NCBI GenBank assembly: GCA_049511795.1
Contig: JBEKXS010000001.1
Location: forward strand, 90,001 to 122,000
From: Candidatus Saccharimonadota bacterium
GTDB lineage: Archaea; Nanobdellota; Nanobdellia; Pacearchaeales; GW2011-AR1
Length of the DNA: 32,000 nt
Direction: 5' to 3'
This document shows, piece by piece, positions 16,301-24,654 of the stretch. The first letter of the stretch is position 1, and each line of letters opens with the position of its first letter. Both the position numbers and the translations under genes were made by a program. The notes beneath the pieces are model-generated. The model had not been told where the DNA came from. It worked only from the letters and a program-made list of their open reading frames with translations, and searched no databases.

Positions 16301-16643
16301 AGCTTCTGGTAAAATTGCTTTACTTACAAGACAGCCTGTTGAAGGTCGTTCTCGTGGTGGAGCATTGAGGCTTGGAGAGATGGAGCAACAGGCAATGGTT
16401 GCACATGGAGCCTCTCTTCTTTTGAAAGAAAGATATGATTCTGACAAAGTTGTTCTTCATATCTGCACAAAATGTGGAGCTTTGGCAATAGAAGACAATA
16501 TCAGGGACAAAACAGTCTGCCCTATTTGCAATTCAGAGGAAGTCGAGCCTGTTGAAGTATCATATGCATTCAAGCTTTTAATTGAAGAACTCCAAGGACT
16601 TCACATTCACACAAACTTTGACCTGAAAAATAAGTATGAATAA
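13389..16643 (+). CDS. rpoB: DNA-directed RNA polymerase subunit B (unsplit)
   Basis: 1084 aa: GYFVIKGNERV, FCPIETPEG, NMEDALVFNK, GDKFATSHGQKGV, GEMEQQA, and a C-terminal zinc ribbon CTKCG..CPIC. Confidence 0.97.
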   Translation: MKPGKHLIVKKYLEEHSLVESNIISFNNFVEKRMQEIVDEIAGTINNEDFEITLGKIEIGKPKVIEADGSSSLITPQEAKLRDLTYAAPVSLELTVKKDDQVDSETVEIGKIPIMVRSKFCNTYGMTKDQLIETYHDPLDPGGYFVIKGNERVMVMAEDLAENQPFIEDNSKGDLTLKLFSSKGTYRIPVLISENKEGIIDVSFSKFKDVPAVVILKALGLIKESDIAKYIGKETDAVIVNLYEFAHIATKEDAMLYISEKTSLQGTKKEILDRVKQRIDSYLFPHIGQKKEDRIKKAITLCKLIKQFLISKENPKLRTDKDHYANKRVRLSGDLLATLFRVNLGILIRDIQYSLQKSAKRKKFFSIKIIAKSTLFSHRVESAIATGSWTGERSGITQNMDKTNYLATISQLQRVSSMLASDQENFAARTLHPTHYGRFCPIETPEGTEIGLRKNLAILSRVSTRTDLSEEKFLKDLSIHGLEVEGTDGTEVFLNGIFIGMVKNPKEFTMAIREKRRKGELPIEMNIRHDENFQTVNVYTEPGRVLRPLIIVDNGVSRLKNEHMVRVESNEIGWKDLLREGVIEYIDAAEEEEALVALHEEELTHEHTHLEIDPTDLFGVITSLVPYSNHDQSSRLNRGSKTQKQALGLYAANYLTRLDTDVSILQYPQKPIVRSFVYDTLQAYPAGQNLVVAVMTHEGYNMEDALVFNKGSLDRGVGRSFYFRPYSAVEMNYAGGLKDEIVIPEKDSSGYRTEESYKHLESDGIVSPEAEIDEGEVMIGKVSPPKFLSEAREISVRTKKESSVAMKQEEKGIVEGVFITEDDDGNKIVQVKTRDQRIPELGDKFATSHGQKGVIGLIVDEEDVPFTSKGIRPDVMFNPHGLPSRMTVGYLLELLAGKVGCLKGEVMDGTAFSGTSKKELEEALKELGFRYDGKETMYSGITGKKMQTKIFVGNLYYLKLKYMVGNKLHGRASGKIALLTRQPVEGRSRGGALRLGEMEQQAMVAHGASLLLKERYDSDKVVLHICTKCGALAIEDNIRDKTVCPICNSEEVEPVEVSYAFKLLIEELQGLHIHTNFDLKNKYE

Positions 16644-16650
16644 ATAAAAA

Positions 16651-16956
16651 ATGAACAAAACAGAAAGAATTAAGGATATGAGAATGGTTTCGACATTAGT
16701 TTACGATAGAAAATACACTGCTGCTAATGGCAAAGTTATGGATGAAGTAACAGCATGGGTTGGTTTACAATCTCCTTTTGTTGGATTTTCTGGAGATTTT
16801 GATTATTATGCACTTAATAGAGAACAAACACAAGTTGTAAGGGTTAATCCATCTGAAAGAACAATAGAATTATCAAAAGATGTTGATACAGACCAAAAAG
16901 GAACTATTGAATATATACTAAAAACGGAAATAAGGGGACCTGACCTAGCTGCTTAA
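16651..16956 (+). CDS. hypothetical protein (101 aa) embedded between rpoB and rpoA
   Basis: The ORF starts 7 nt after the rpoB stop and ends 8 nt before the rpoA ATG, on the same strand. No motif recognised. Confidence 0.6.
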   Translation: MNKTERIKDMRMVSTLVYDRKYTAANGKVMDEVTAWVGLQSPFVGFSGDFDYYALNREQTQVVRVNPSERTIELSKDVDTDQKGTIEYILKTEIRGPDLAA

Positions 16957-16964
16957 AAACAAAA

Positions 16965-19900
16965 ATGGCAAAAACAATCAGAAAAAAAATAAAATCAATA
17001 AGCTTTTCATTGCTTAGCCCTGAGAAAATAAAAAAGCTCTCTGTTGCGAAAATAGTTACGCCAGAACTTTATGATATAGATGGTTATCCTGTCGACGGTG
17101 GTTTGATGGATTTAAGATTGGGAGCAATTGATCCGGGTGTAAGATGTAGAACATGTGGTGGAAGACTGAAAGAATGCCTTGGACACCCCGGAAGTATTGA
17201 CCTCGCAAGATCTTTAATACATTTAAAATATGTTCCAATGATTGAGCTCGGATTACGTTGTTTCTGCAAACAATGCGGAAAATTAATGCTTTCTGAAAAA
17301 GACCTTGCAAAATACACGCCAAGCCAGAGAATAAAGAAAGCAAAGGATGTAAAGAAATGCCCACACTGCAATACTGTTCAGGAAAAAATAAAGCTTGACA
17401 AGCCAACAACATTCTACAGAGGAAAAACAAGAATATTCCCAACAGAGATAAGAGATACCCTTGTTAATATTCCAGATGAAGAACTTAAAAAAATAGGAAT
17501 GAATCCTCACAATTTCAGGCCAGAATGGGGTGTACTCACAATTCTTCTTGTTCCTCCTGTAACAGTAAGGCCTTCAATTATTCTTGAATCAGGAGAAAGA
17601 AGTGAGGATGATTTAACTCACAAGCTTTCAGATATAATAAGAGCAAATCAGAGACTTTGGGAAAATCTTAATGCTGGAGCGCCAGAGGTTATTATCGAGG
17701 ATTTGTGGGATTTGCTTCAATTCCATGTAACAACATTCTTTGATAACACTGTTACAAGAATTCCTCCTGCAAGGCACAGGTCAGGACAGCCATTGAAAAC
17801 AATCACAGAAAGAATAAAGGGTAAGGAAGGAAGAATCAGGAAAAATCTTGCAGGTAAAAGAGTTAATTATTCTGGAAGAACTGTTATCTCTCCTGATCCA
17901 TCAATGCAGATAAATGAAGTTGGAATTCCTTTTGAAATTGCAAAAATTGTAACAGTCGCTGAAACAGTAACTGACCTAAACATTGACAGGCTGAAAAAAA
18001 AGGTAGAAAGTGCAGAAGTTTATCCTGGAGCAAATTATGTAATAAGACCTGATGGAAAACGTAAAAAAATAACGCCAGAATTGAAAGAAGAAATAATCAA
18101 CGAGCTTGTTCCTGGATATCAGGTTGAAAGGCATCTTGAAAACGGAGACATTGTTCTTTTCAACCGTCATCCTAGCCTTCACAAAGGAAGCTTGATGGCG
18201 CATTATGTAAAAGTCCTTCCTGGAAGAACATTCAGGCTTCACCCTGCTGCAAAAACACCTTACAATGCTGATTTCGACGGTGATGAAATGAACATTCACA
18301 GCCCACAGACAGAGGAAGCAAGAGCAGAGGCAAAGATTTTGCTTGAAGTAAAGAAAAATCTCATTTCTCCGAAGAATAATACAAACTGGATTGGTTGTCT
18401 TGGGGATGCAATAACAGGAGATTATCTCATGGGTTTAGAAGAATTTTCAAGAGAAGATGCAAACCAGCTTCTTTACAGCTCTGGAATCGATGGAGAAGTT
18501 TCAAAGAAAACAATCAGTGGAATAGAATTATTTTCAAAAATACTTCCTAAAATTGATTTCTCAGGCGAAACAGTAAAAATAAAGGACGGACAGATAACAA
18601 AGGGTATTCCTGACAAGACTCTTTTCGGCGATGAAGATGGTGTCTTGATAAAGGATATAGACAAGAAATTCGGAAGAAATGTTGCATTTGAATCAATAAG
18701 AAAAGCGTTCAATATTGGCAAGAATTATCTTACAGGAAGGGGAATAAGCTTCTCTGTAGATGATTTCGATGTTGACCAAAAAATATTTGATATGTCTGAA
18801 GAAATTGTCAAAAAAGCAGAGGAAAAAACAACAGAGATAATCGACGAATACAACAAAGGGACTCTTGAAATCATACAAGGAAAAAGTCTTGAAGAATCAA
18901 GGGAAATAAAAATTCTTAAGGTTCTTAATGAAGTAAGAACAAAAATAGGAGAAATTGTTAAGGAAGAATTCCCAAAGGACAGTCCTGTCACTTACATGAT
19001 AAAATCCGGAGGCGGAGGAAACATGCTTAACATAACACAAATGGCTTGCTGTGTAGGGCAACAGGACTTGGAAGGAAGAAGAATTGATTTGGGATACAAT
19101 GATAGAACACTTTCATTTTTCAAGAAAGGGGATTTGAATCCAAAAGCAAAGGGTTTCATAAGAAGCGCATTCATGAAAGGTTTGAAGCCAGAAGAATTTT
19201 TCTTCCAGGCAATAACAGGAAGATCTTCACTTATGGATACTGCTCTTAGAACGCCAAGGTCTGGTTATTTGTACAGAAGGCTTGCAAATGCACTTCAGGA
19301 CTTAAGGATGGAATATGACAGCACTGTTAGAGACAGCAACAACAACATAATTCAGTTTATTTACGGCGACGATGGAATAGATGTTTCAAAGCTTCATCTT
19401 GGAGGAAAACTCGACCCTGGTGAAGCAATAGGAATAATTACTGCTCAGAGCTTTGGGGAACCATCAACGCAAATGGTATTGAGAACATTCCACTTTGCAG
19501 GTGTCTCTGAAATGCAGGTTACGCAAGGACTTCCAAGGCTTATTGAAATATTTGATGCAAGAAAAAAGCCATCAAGCCCTAAAATGGAAATCTATCTGAA
19601 AAAAGAATTCAACAATGAAAAAGACGCAAGAGTATTCGCAGAAAAAATAAAGGAAGTCACTGTCAGCGATTTTGCATCTGAAATAAACATTGATTTCACT
19701 GACAAAAAAATCGAAGTCAAGATTGACAAGGAAGGATTGCATCAAAGTCATACTTCTGTAAAGAAAATTGTTGAAAGGCTTAAGGAACTTGGATTCTCAT
19801 GCAATGAAAAAACAGATTCAATATCTATCAAAGCGCCGGGAGAGATCAGTTTCAAGGAACTTTACAAGCTAAAAGAAAAATTGAAAAAAACAATTATTTC

Positions 19901-20456
19901 AGATATAAAGGGAGTAAAGCAGATTCTCATCGTAAAAAGAGCAGAAGATTACATTGTCATGACATTGGGAACAAACTTAAAGAGAATATTGGAACTGAAA
20001 GAAGTAAACACTCAAAGAACAATTTCAAATGACCTTCATGAAGTTGCAGATGTTCTTGGCATCGAGGCTGCAAGGCAATTGATAATAAATGAAATACAGG
20101 AAGTTTTGAACACACAGGGCCTTGATATAGACAAGAGGCACTTGAAACTTGTCTCTGATGCTATGACAAACACCGGAGAAGTAAAAGGTGTGACAAGAAT
20201 AGGAATAATCGCGCAAAAATCCTCGATACTTGCAAGAGCAACATTCGAAACACCTGTAAAGCAATTTGTAAATGCGACGATAAAGGGAAACAAGGACCAG
20301 CTTACAAGCGTAATTGAAAATGTCATTCTCAACCAGCCAATTCCTGTTGGAACAGGACTACCAGGACTTTTAGTAAAGGTTGTCGGACCTCTCGTAAAGG
20401 AAGAATCCAAGAAGAAGTTTGCAAAAAAAGAAGTTGTAGACGAGGTTGCCAAGTAA
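16965..20456 (+). CDS. rpoA: DNA-directed RNA polymerase subunit A, with A' and A'' parts fused in one ORF
   Basis: 1163 aa. Zinc motifs CRTCGG..C, catalytic NADFDGDEMN, bridge helix GRSSLMDTALRTPRSGYLYRRL, then in the same frame the A''-type trigger loop AQSFGEPSTQMVLRTFHFAGV. Confidence 0.95.
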   Translation: MAKTIRKKIKSISFSLLSPEKIKKLSVAKIVTPELYDIDGYPVDGGLMDLRLGAIDPGVRCRTCGGRLKECLGHPGSIDLARSLIHLKYVPMIELGLRCFCKQCGKLMLSEKDLAKYTPSQRIKKAKDVKKCPHCNTVQEKIKLDKPTTFYRGKTRIFPTEIRDTLVNIPDEELKKIGMNPHNFRPEWGVLTILLVPPVTVRPSIILESGERSEDDLTHKLSDIIRANQRLWENLNAGAPEVIIEDLWDLLQFHVTTFFDNTVTRIPPARHRSGQPLKTITERIKGKEGRIRKNLAGKRVNYSGRTVISPDPSMQINEVGIPFEIAKIVTVAETVTDLNIDRLKKKVESAEVYPGANYVIRPDGKRKKITPELKEEIINELVPGYQVERHLENGDIVLFNRHPSLHKGSLMAHYVKVLPGRTFRLHPAAKTPYNADFDGDEMNIHSPQTEEARAEAKILLEVKKNLISPKNNTNWIGCLGDAITGDYLMGLEEFSREDANQLLYSSGIDGEVSKKTISGIELFSKILPKIDFSGETVKIKDGQITKGIPDKTLFGDEDGVLIKDIDKKFGRNVAFESIRKAFNIGKNYLTGRGISFSVDDFDVDQKIFDMSEEIVKKAEEKTTEIIDEYNKGTLEIIQGKSLEESREIKILKVLNEVRTKIGEIVKEEFPKDSPVTYMIKSGGGGNMLNITQMACCVGQQDLEGRRIDLGYNDRTLSFFKKGDLNPKAKGFIRSAFMKGLKPEEFFFQAITGRSSLMDTALRTPRSGYLYRRLANALQDLRMEYDSTVRDSNNNIIQFIYGDDGIDVSKLHLGGKLDPGEAIGIITAQSFGEPSTQMVLRTFHFAGVSEMQVTQGLPRLIEIFDARKKPSSPKMEIYLKKEFNNEKDARVFAEKIKEVTVSDFASEINIDFTDKKIEVKIDKEGLHQSHTSVKKIVERLKELGFSCNEKTDSISIKAPGEISFKELYKLKEKLKKTIISDIKGVKQILIVKRAEDYIVMTLGTNLKRILELKEVNTQRTISNDLHEVADVLGIEAARQLIINEIQEVLNTQGLDIDKRHLKLVSDAMTNTGEVKGVTRIGIIAQKSSILARATFETPVKQFVNATIKGNKDQLTSVIENVILNQPIPVGTGLPGLLVKVVGPLVKEESKKKFAKKEVVDEVAK

Positions 20457-20512
20457 ACCTAGTATACTGAGTATAACATTAATTTTAAAAAGGAGAGGGA
20501 TTAAATTATTTT

Positions 20513-20683
20513 ATGGACACTATTTTAGGTATTGTAATTTTAGATGCGGTTCTATTACTTATTGGTGTGTTCATGTCATGGAAAGAGTTGAATAAAAAAC
20601 ATACAGATGTAGTCTGGAAGCTAGTTGAATATGTAACAATGGCACTTGTGGGTTATCTCCTCGCAACAGGGAGGATAGTATAA
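20513..20683 (+). CDS. possible 56-aa membrane mini-protein (not in the ORF track)
   Basis: Hand translation: MDTILGIVILDAVLLLIGVFMSWKELNKKHTDVVWKLVEYVTMALVGYLLATGRIV. AGGAGAGGGA lies 12 nt upstream of the ATG. Confidence 0.35.
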   Translation: MDTILGIVILDAVLLLIGVFMSWKELNKKHTDVVWKLVEYVTMALVGYLLATGRIV

Positions 20684-20684
20684 A

Positions 20685-20801
20685 ATGACAAATATAATTA
20701 CTATTATCGGAATATGTGTTTTTGTCTTTGGTGGAATAGTCAAAAACAAAGAATTATTGGGTTTAGGAACTGTCTTGATTATACTAGGAGCTTTTATTTA
20801 A
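20685..20801 (+). CDS. possible 38-aa membrane mini-protein (not in the ORF track)
   Basis: MTNIITIIGICVFVFGGIVKNKELLGLGTVLIILGAFI. Starts 1 nt after the previous stop. Confidence 0.3.
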   Translation: MTNIITIIGICVFVFGGIVKNKELLGLGTVLIILGAFI

Positions 20802-20887
20802 TTTTTGTGTAAAAATAAATTAACAAAGATTTATAAGACAAATAATTTTAAAATTCATATCAAGAGGTTAAAAATTCAATAAACAAA

Positions 20888-21298
20888 ATGCAAACTATAG
20901 ACATGCAGGAGATTCGCTATCTGAATCTTTTCGAGCAATTGACAGGTGTGAGAACGCGTTTCTGCTTTCGATACAATGAAAATATAATTTTTTGTGTGCC
21001 AAAGCCGCTTGTTGCAAAAGCAGTCGGGCTGGGCGGAAGAAACATAAGAAGAATGAGCGAAATTCTTGGAAAAAGAATAAGAGTAATTGCAGCTCCGCGC
21101 GGGCTTTCTGATTCCGGAGATTTCATAAAGACCATAATCTCGCCATTAACACTCAAAGATTTTGAAATAACTGACACGGAAATAATTGCCGGCGGAGGAA
21201 AAAACAAGGCGGCGCTCATAGGCAGAAATAAAAGAAGATTGCTTGAAATGCAGAAAATAGTTCGTGATTTTTTCGAGAGAGATTTCAGGATTGCCTGA
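20888..21298 (+). CDS. nusA: archaeal NusA-like transcription termination factor (two KH domains)
   Basis: 136 aa: LFEQLTGV, AVGLGGRNIRRMSEILGKRIRV, GKNKAALIGRNKRRL. In the conserved position before rps12. Confidence 0.85.
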   Translation: MQTIDMQEIRYLNLFEQLTGVRTRFCFRYNENIIFCVPKPLVAKAVGLGGRNIRRMSEILGKRIRVIAAPRGLSDSGDFIKTIISPLTLKDFEITDTEIIAGGGKNKAALIGRNKRRLLEMQKIVRDFFERDFRIA

Positions 21299-21356
21299 TT
21301 TTTTGGTAATTTTCCCTCTAAAAACCTTTATAAACTATTTTTTTATCATAATTTAA

Positions 21357-21779
21357 ATGGGATTAAAAAACGCAGCTAAATTAAAGAAAAACAGGAAGAA
21401 ATTCAGATGGAAAGACAGAAATTTCAAAGTGAGAACTCTCGGTCTTTATGAAAAGGCAGATCCATTGGAAGGCGCAAGCCAGGCCAAGGGAATTGTGCTT
21501 CAAAAAGTTCAAAAAGAAGCAAAGCAGCCAAACTCAGCGATGAGAAAATGCTGCAAGGTACAACTTAAGAAAAATTCCAAGATTGTAACAGCATTTATTC
21601 CAGGAAATTTGGCCCAAAGGTTCATTGATGAGCACGATGAAGTTCTTATAGAAAGAATTGGTGGAAAGCAGGGAAGAACAAAAGGAGATATTCCAGGCGT
21701 TCGTTTCCAGGTTATACAAGTAAATGACCAACCATTGCATTTGCTTTGGCTTGGAAAGATAGAGAAGGGTAGAAGGTAA
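21357..21779 (+). CDS. rps12: 30S ribosomal protein uS12
   Basis: 140 aa: [33 protein letters not shown]. Confidence 0.95.
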   Translation: MGLKNAAKLKKNRKKFRWKDRNFKVRTLGLYEKADPLEGASQAKGIVLQKVQKEAKQPNSAMRKCCKVQLKKNSKIVTAFIPGNLAQRFIDEHDEVLIERIGGKQGRTKGDIPGVRFQVIQVNDQPLHLLWLGKIEKGRR

Positions 21780-21780
21780 A

Positions 21781-22389
21781 ATGGCAGAACAGGCACAAAT
21801 TTTCAAGATTTTTGACTTGTATGAAACAGACAATCTTGTTGTGGAAGACCCTGGATTGAAAAATGTCATAAATCTGAAGCCAAAATTAATTTTAAAAACC
21901 AGTGGAAGAAATTTCCAGAAATTCGGGCAGACAAAAGTAAACCTTGTTGAAAGACTGATAAATCATTTGGGAGTTGCAGGCCACAGGGGAAAAAAACACA
22001 AAATAATTCTTGGCACATCAACAGGAAAATATTCAAGAAATGCAAGAATAGTTTTAAATGCATTTGAACAAGTTGCTAAGAAAACAGGAAAAAATCCTGT
22101 TGCAGTTTTCCTTAAAGCTGTTGAGAAATCAGCACCAAGGGACGAAGTAACTGTTATTGAATATGGCGGGGCAAGATATCCTCAGGCAGTTGATGTCTCT
22201 CCTTTAAGGCGTGTCAATCTTGCAATAAAGCACATTGTTCAGGGTGCTTCAGACAAAGCTTTCGGAAAGAAAAAAGACATTGCACAGGCATTGGCAGAAG
22301 AAATAATCCTTGCTTCAGAAGAAAACGGCGATAGTTTTGCATTCAAGAAGAAAAATGAATCAGAGAAGCAAGCTGATTCTGCAAGGTAA
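21781..22389 (+). CDS. rps7: 30S ribosomal protein uS7
   Basis: 202 aa. Synteny after uS12; VERLINHL..GKK, AFE.V, REEVTVIEYGGARYPQAVDVSP-like core and a KQADSAR tail. Confidence 0.92.
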   Translation: MAEQAQIFKIFDLYETDNLVVEDPGLKNVINLKPKLILKTSGRNFQKFGQTKVNLVERLINHLGVAGHRGKKHKIILGTSTGKYSRNARIVLNAFEQVAKKTGKNPVAVFLKAVEKSAPRDEVTVIEYGGARYPQAVDVSPLRRVNLAIKHIVQGASDKAFGKKKDIAQALAEEIILASEENGDSFAFKKKNESEKQADSAR

Positions 22390-22410
22390 ATAAATTAATT
22401 TCATTTTCAC

Positions 22411-24600
22411 ATGGCAGACAAAGAAACACAGTTTGAAAAAATAAAAAGAATTAGCAGTCAGCAAAAACATATTCGTAACATTGCAACTTCTGCGCACATT
22501 CACCACGGGAAAACTGCATTGACAGATAATCTTTTGGCAGCTTCAGGGCATATGGCTGCAAAATCTGCAGGAGACCTTGAGGCAGGAATGGCAACATGGC
22601 AGCACTTAGATGAACAGGAAAGGCTTATGACAGTTGATTCTGCAAACGTTTCAATGGTTCACAATTTCCATGGAGATGAATATTTAATCAATCTTATCGA
22701 CACTCCAGGGCATGTTGATTTCTCAGGAAATGTTACAAGAGCTATGAGGGCTATTGACGGAACAATTGTTCTTGTATGCGCTGTCGAGGGAATAATGCCG
22801 CAAACAGAGACAGTAATCAAGCAAGCATTGAGAGAAAGAGTAAGGCCTGTTCTTTTCATAAACAAAGTTGACCGTTTAATCAAAGAATTGAAATTAAATC
22901 CAGAACAAATGCAGAAAAGATTTGTTGATATTTTCCATGAGTTCAATGATCTTATAAGAAAAATAGCTGACGAAGATTTTAAGGAAAAATGGCAGGTTGA
23001 TATCAAAGATGGGAGCGTTGCATTTGGATCAGCTAGGGAAAACTGGGCTCTCTCAGTACCATTCATGGAGAAAAAAGGAATCACATTCAAGGATATTTTC
23101 AAACTTTATGAAATGGATGAAGAGCATAAAAAAGAATGGGTTTGGAAAAATGCGCCTCTTTATGAAGTTCTTCTTGATATGGTAGTAAAGCATCTTCCAG
23201 ATCCATTGGAAGCGCAAAAATATAGGATACCAAAAATCTGGCACGGAGAAATTGATTCTGATTTTGGAAAAGGATTAATTCACTGCGACCCAAAAGGAAA
23301 AGTCGCTTTTGTCATAACAAGAATTGTCATCGATCCAAGAAGCGGAAAAGAAATTTCAGCAGGAAGACTTTTTTCAGGAACATTGCAGACAGGTCAGGAA
23401 GTTTATCTTAACCTTGCAAAGAAAAAACAAAAAATACAGCAGCTTTTCATTTATGATGGAGTAAAACCAGAGCAAATAGAGCATATAGGACCTGGAAATG
23501 TTCTTGCAATCTCTGGGGTTACAGGAGAAGCTGGAGAAACAGTAACTCTTGAGCCAGAAACTCCATTTGAAGAATTAAAGCACATATTTGAGCCTGTTAT
23601 TACAAAAGCTATTGAAGTTACAAAAACTGCAGATCTTCCTAAACTCGTTGATATTTTGAAAAAAGTTGCTAAAGAGGATCCTTCTATAAAAATTGAAATT
23701 AACGAGCAGACAGGAGAATCATTGATGAGCGGAATGGGAGAATTGCATCTTGAAATCATAGAAAACAGAATAAGAACAGAGAAAGGACTTGAAGTAAAAA
23801 CTTCACAGCCAATTGTTGTTTACAGGGAAACAACAGGAAAAGAATCTCCTTCTGTTGAAGGAAGAAGTCCTAACAAGCATAACAGCTTTTTCATAAGTGT
23901 TGAGCCTCTTGAAGACAAAATTTACGAGGCAATAAAATCAGGCGAGTTGCGTGAAGGAAGAGTCAAGAAAAAGAGCGATGAGCTTGCAAAGGTTCTTTCA
24001 AAACTTGGATGGGACGGAGACCAGATAAGAGCGATAAGGGATGTTTACAAGGGAAATATTTTCACAGATGAAACAAGAGGAGAAGTTCATATTGGAGAAG
24101 TAATTGATATGGTTCTTGATGCTTTTGAAATGGTTATGGACCAAGGTCCTATAGCAAGAGAACCATGCATGAAGATGAAAGTATCATTAACAGACATAAA
24201 GCTTCATGAAGACGCAATCCACAGAGGTCCTGCACAGGTTTATCCTGCTGTAAGAGAAGCAATAACAGAGGCAATGAAGAAAGGTGGAGCTTTCCTTCTT
24301 GAGCCAATGCAAATTCATGTTATTGATATCCCTGAAAAATTCCTCGGAGAAGTCACAAAACTCGTCGGAGGAAAAAGAGGGCAAATGCTTGAAATCAGAC
24401 ACACAGACAGCGGAACAGAAGTTGAGGCAAAGCTTCCTGTTGCCGAAATGATTGGTTGGAGCTCGGACTTAAGGTCTGCAACAGAAGGAAGAGGAACAAG
24501 CTCACTACTGGATCAAAGTTTTGAAAAAATGCCTCAGAACCTTCAGCCAGATGTAGTAAGAAAAATCAGACAAAGAAAGGGTTTAGCTGAGAACCAGTAG
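22411..24600 (+). CDS. fusA: translation elongation factor aEF-2
   Basis: 729 aa. P-loop AHIHHGKT, DTPGHVDF, NKVDR, and the diphthamide-site motif HEDAIHRGPAQV. Confidence 0.97.
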   Translation: MADKETQFEKIKRISSQQKHIRNIATSAHIHHGKTALTDNLLAASGHMAAKSAGDLEAGMATWQHLDEQERLMTVDSANVSMVHNFHGDEYLINLIDTPGHVDFSGNVTRAMRAIDGTIVLVCAVEGIMPQTETVIKQALRERVRPVLFINKVDRLIKELKLNPEQMQKRFVDIFHEFNDLIRKIADEDFKEKWQVDIKDGSVAFGSARENWALSVPFMEKKGITFKDIFKLYEMDEEHKKEWVWKNAPLYEVLLDMVVKHLPDPLEAQKYRIPKIWHGEIDSDFGKGLIHCDPKGKVAFVITRIVIDPRSGKEISAGRLFSGTLQTGQEVYLNLAKKKQKIQQLFIYDGVKPEQIEHIGPGNVLAISGVTGEAGETVTLEPETPFEELKHIFEPVITKAIEVTKTADLPKLVDILKKVAKEDPSIKIEINEQTGESLMSGMGELHLEIIENRIRTEKGLEVKTSQPIVVYRETTGKESPSVEGRSPNKHNSFFISVEPLEDKIYEAIKSGELREGRVKKKSDELAKVLSKLGWDGDQIRAIRDVYKGNIFTDETRGEVHIGEVIDMVLDAFEMVMDQGPIAREPCMKMKVSLTDIKLHEDAIHRGPAQVYPAVREAITEAMKKGGAFLLEPMQIHVIDIPEKFLGEVTKLVGGKRGQMLEIRHTDSGTEVEAKLPVAEMIGWSSDLRSATEGRGTSSLLDQSFEKMPQNLQPDVVRKIRQRKGLAENQ

Positions 24601-24622
24601 TCACAAGATATTAATAAGTACT

Positions 24623-24638
24623 AAAAGAAAAGAAAAAA
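24623..24638 (-). terminator. oligo-T tract (minus strand) downstream of the 568-aa gene
   Basis: The minus strand reads CTTTTTTCTTTTCTTTT, 17-32 nt after the stop, in the convergent gap with EF-2. Confidence 0.35.
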
Positions 24639-24654
24639 GTTTAAACTTATATTC

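Noticed and set aside
1510-24402. Numerous 60-150-aa antisense or off-frame ORFs inside nrdJ, dCMP deaminase, thyA, rpoB, rpoA, nusA, rps12, rps7 and EF-2 (for example 1510-1776, 4246-4581, 5321-5647, 17056-17442, 20036-20452, 22659-23102).
   Set aside because: They are fully embedded in genes with strong family signatures. They are typical low-complexity shadows in AT-rich DNA.
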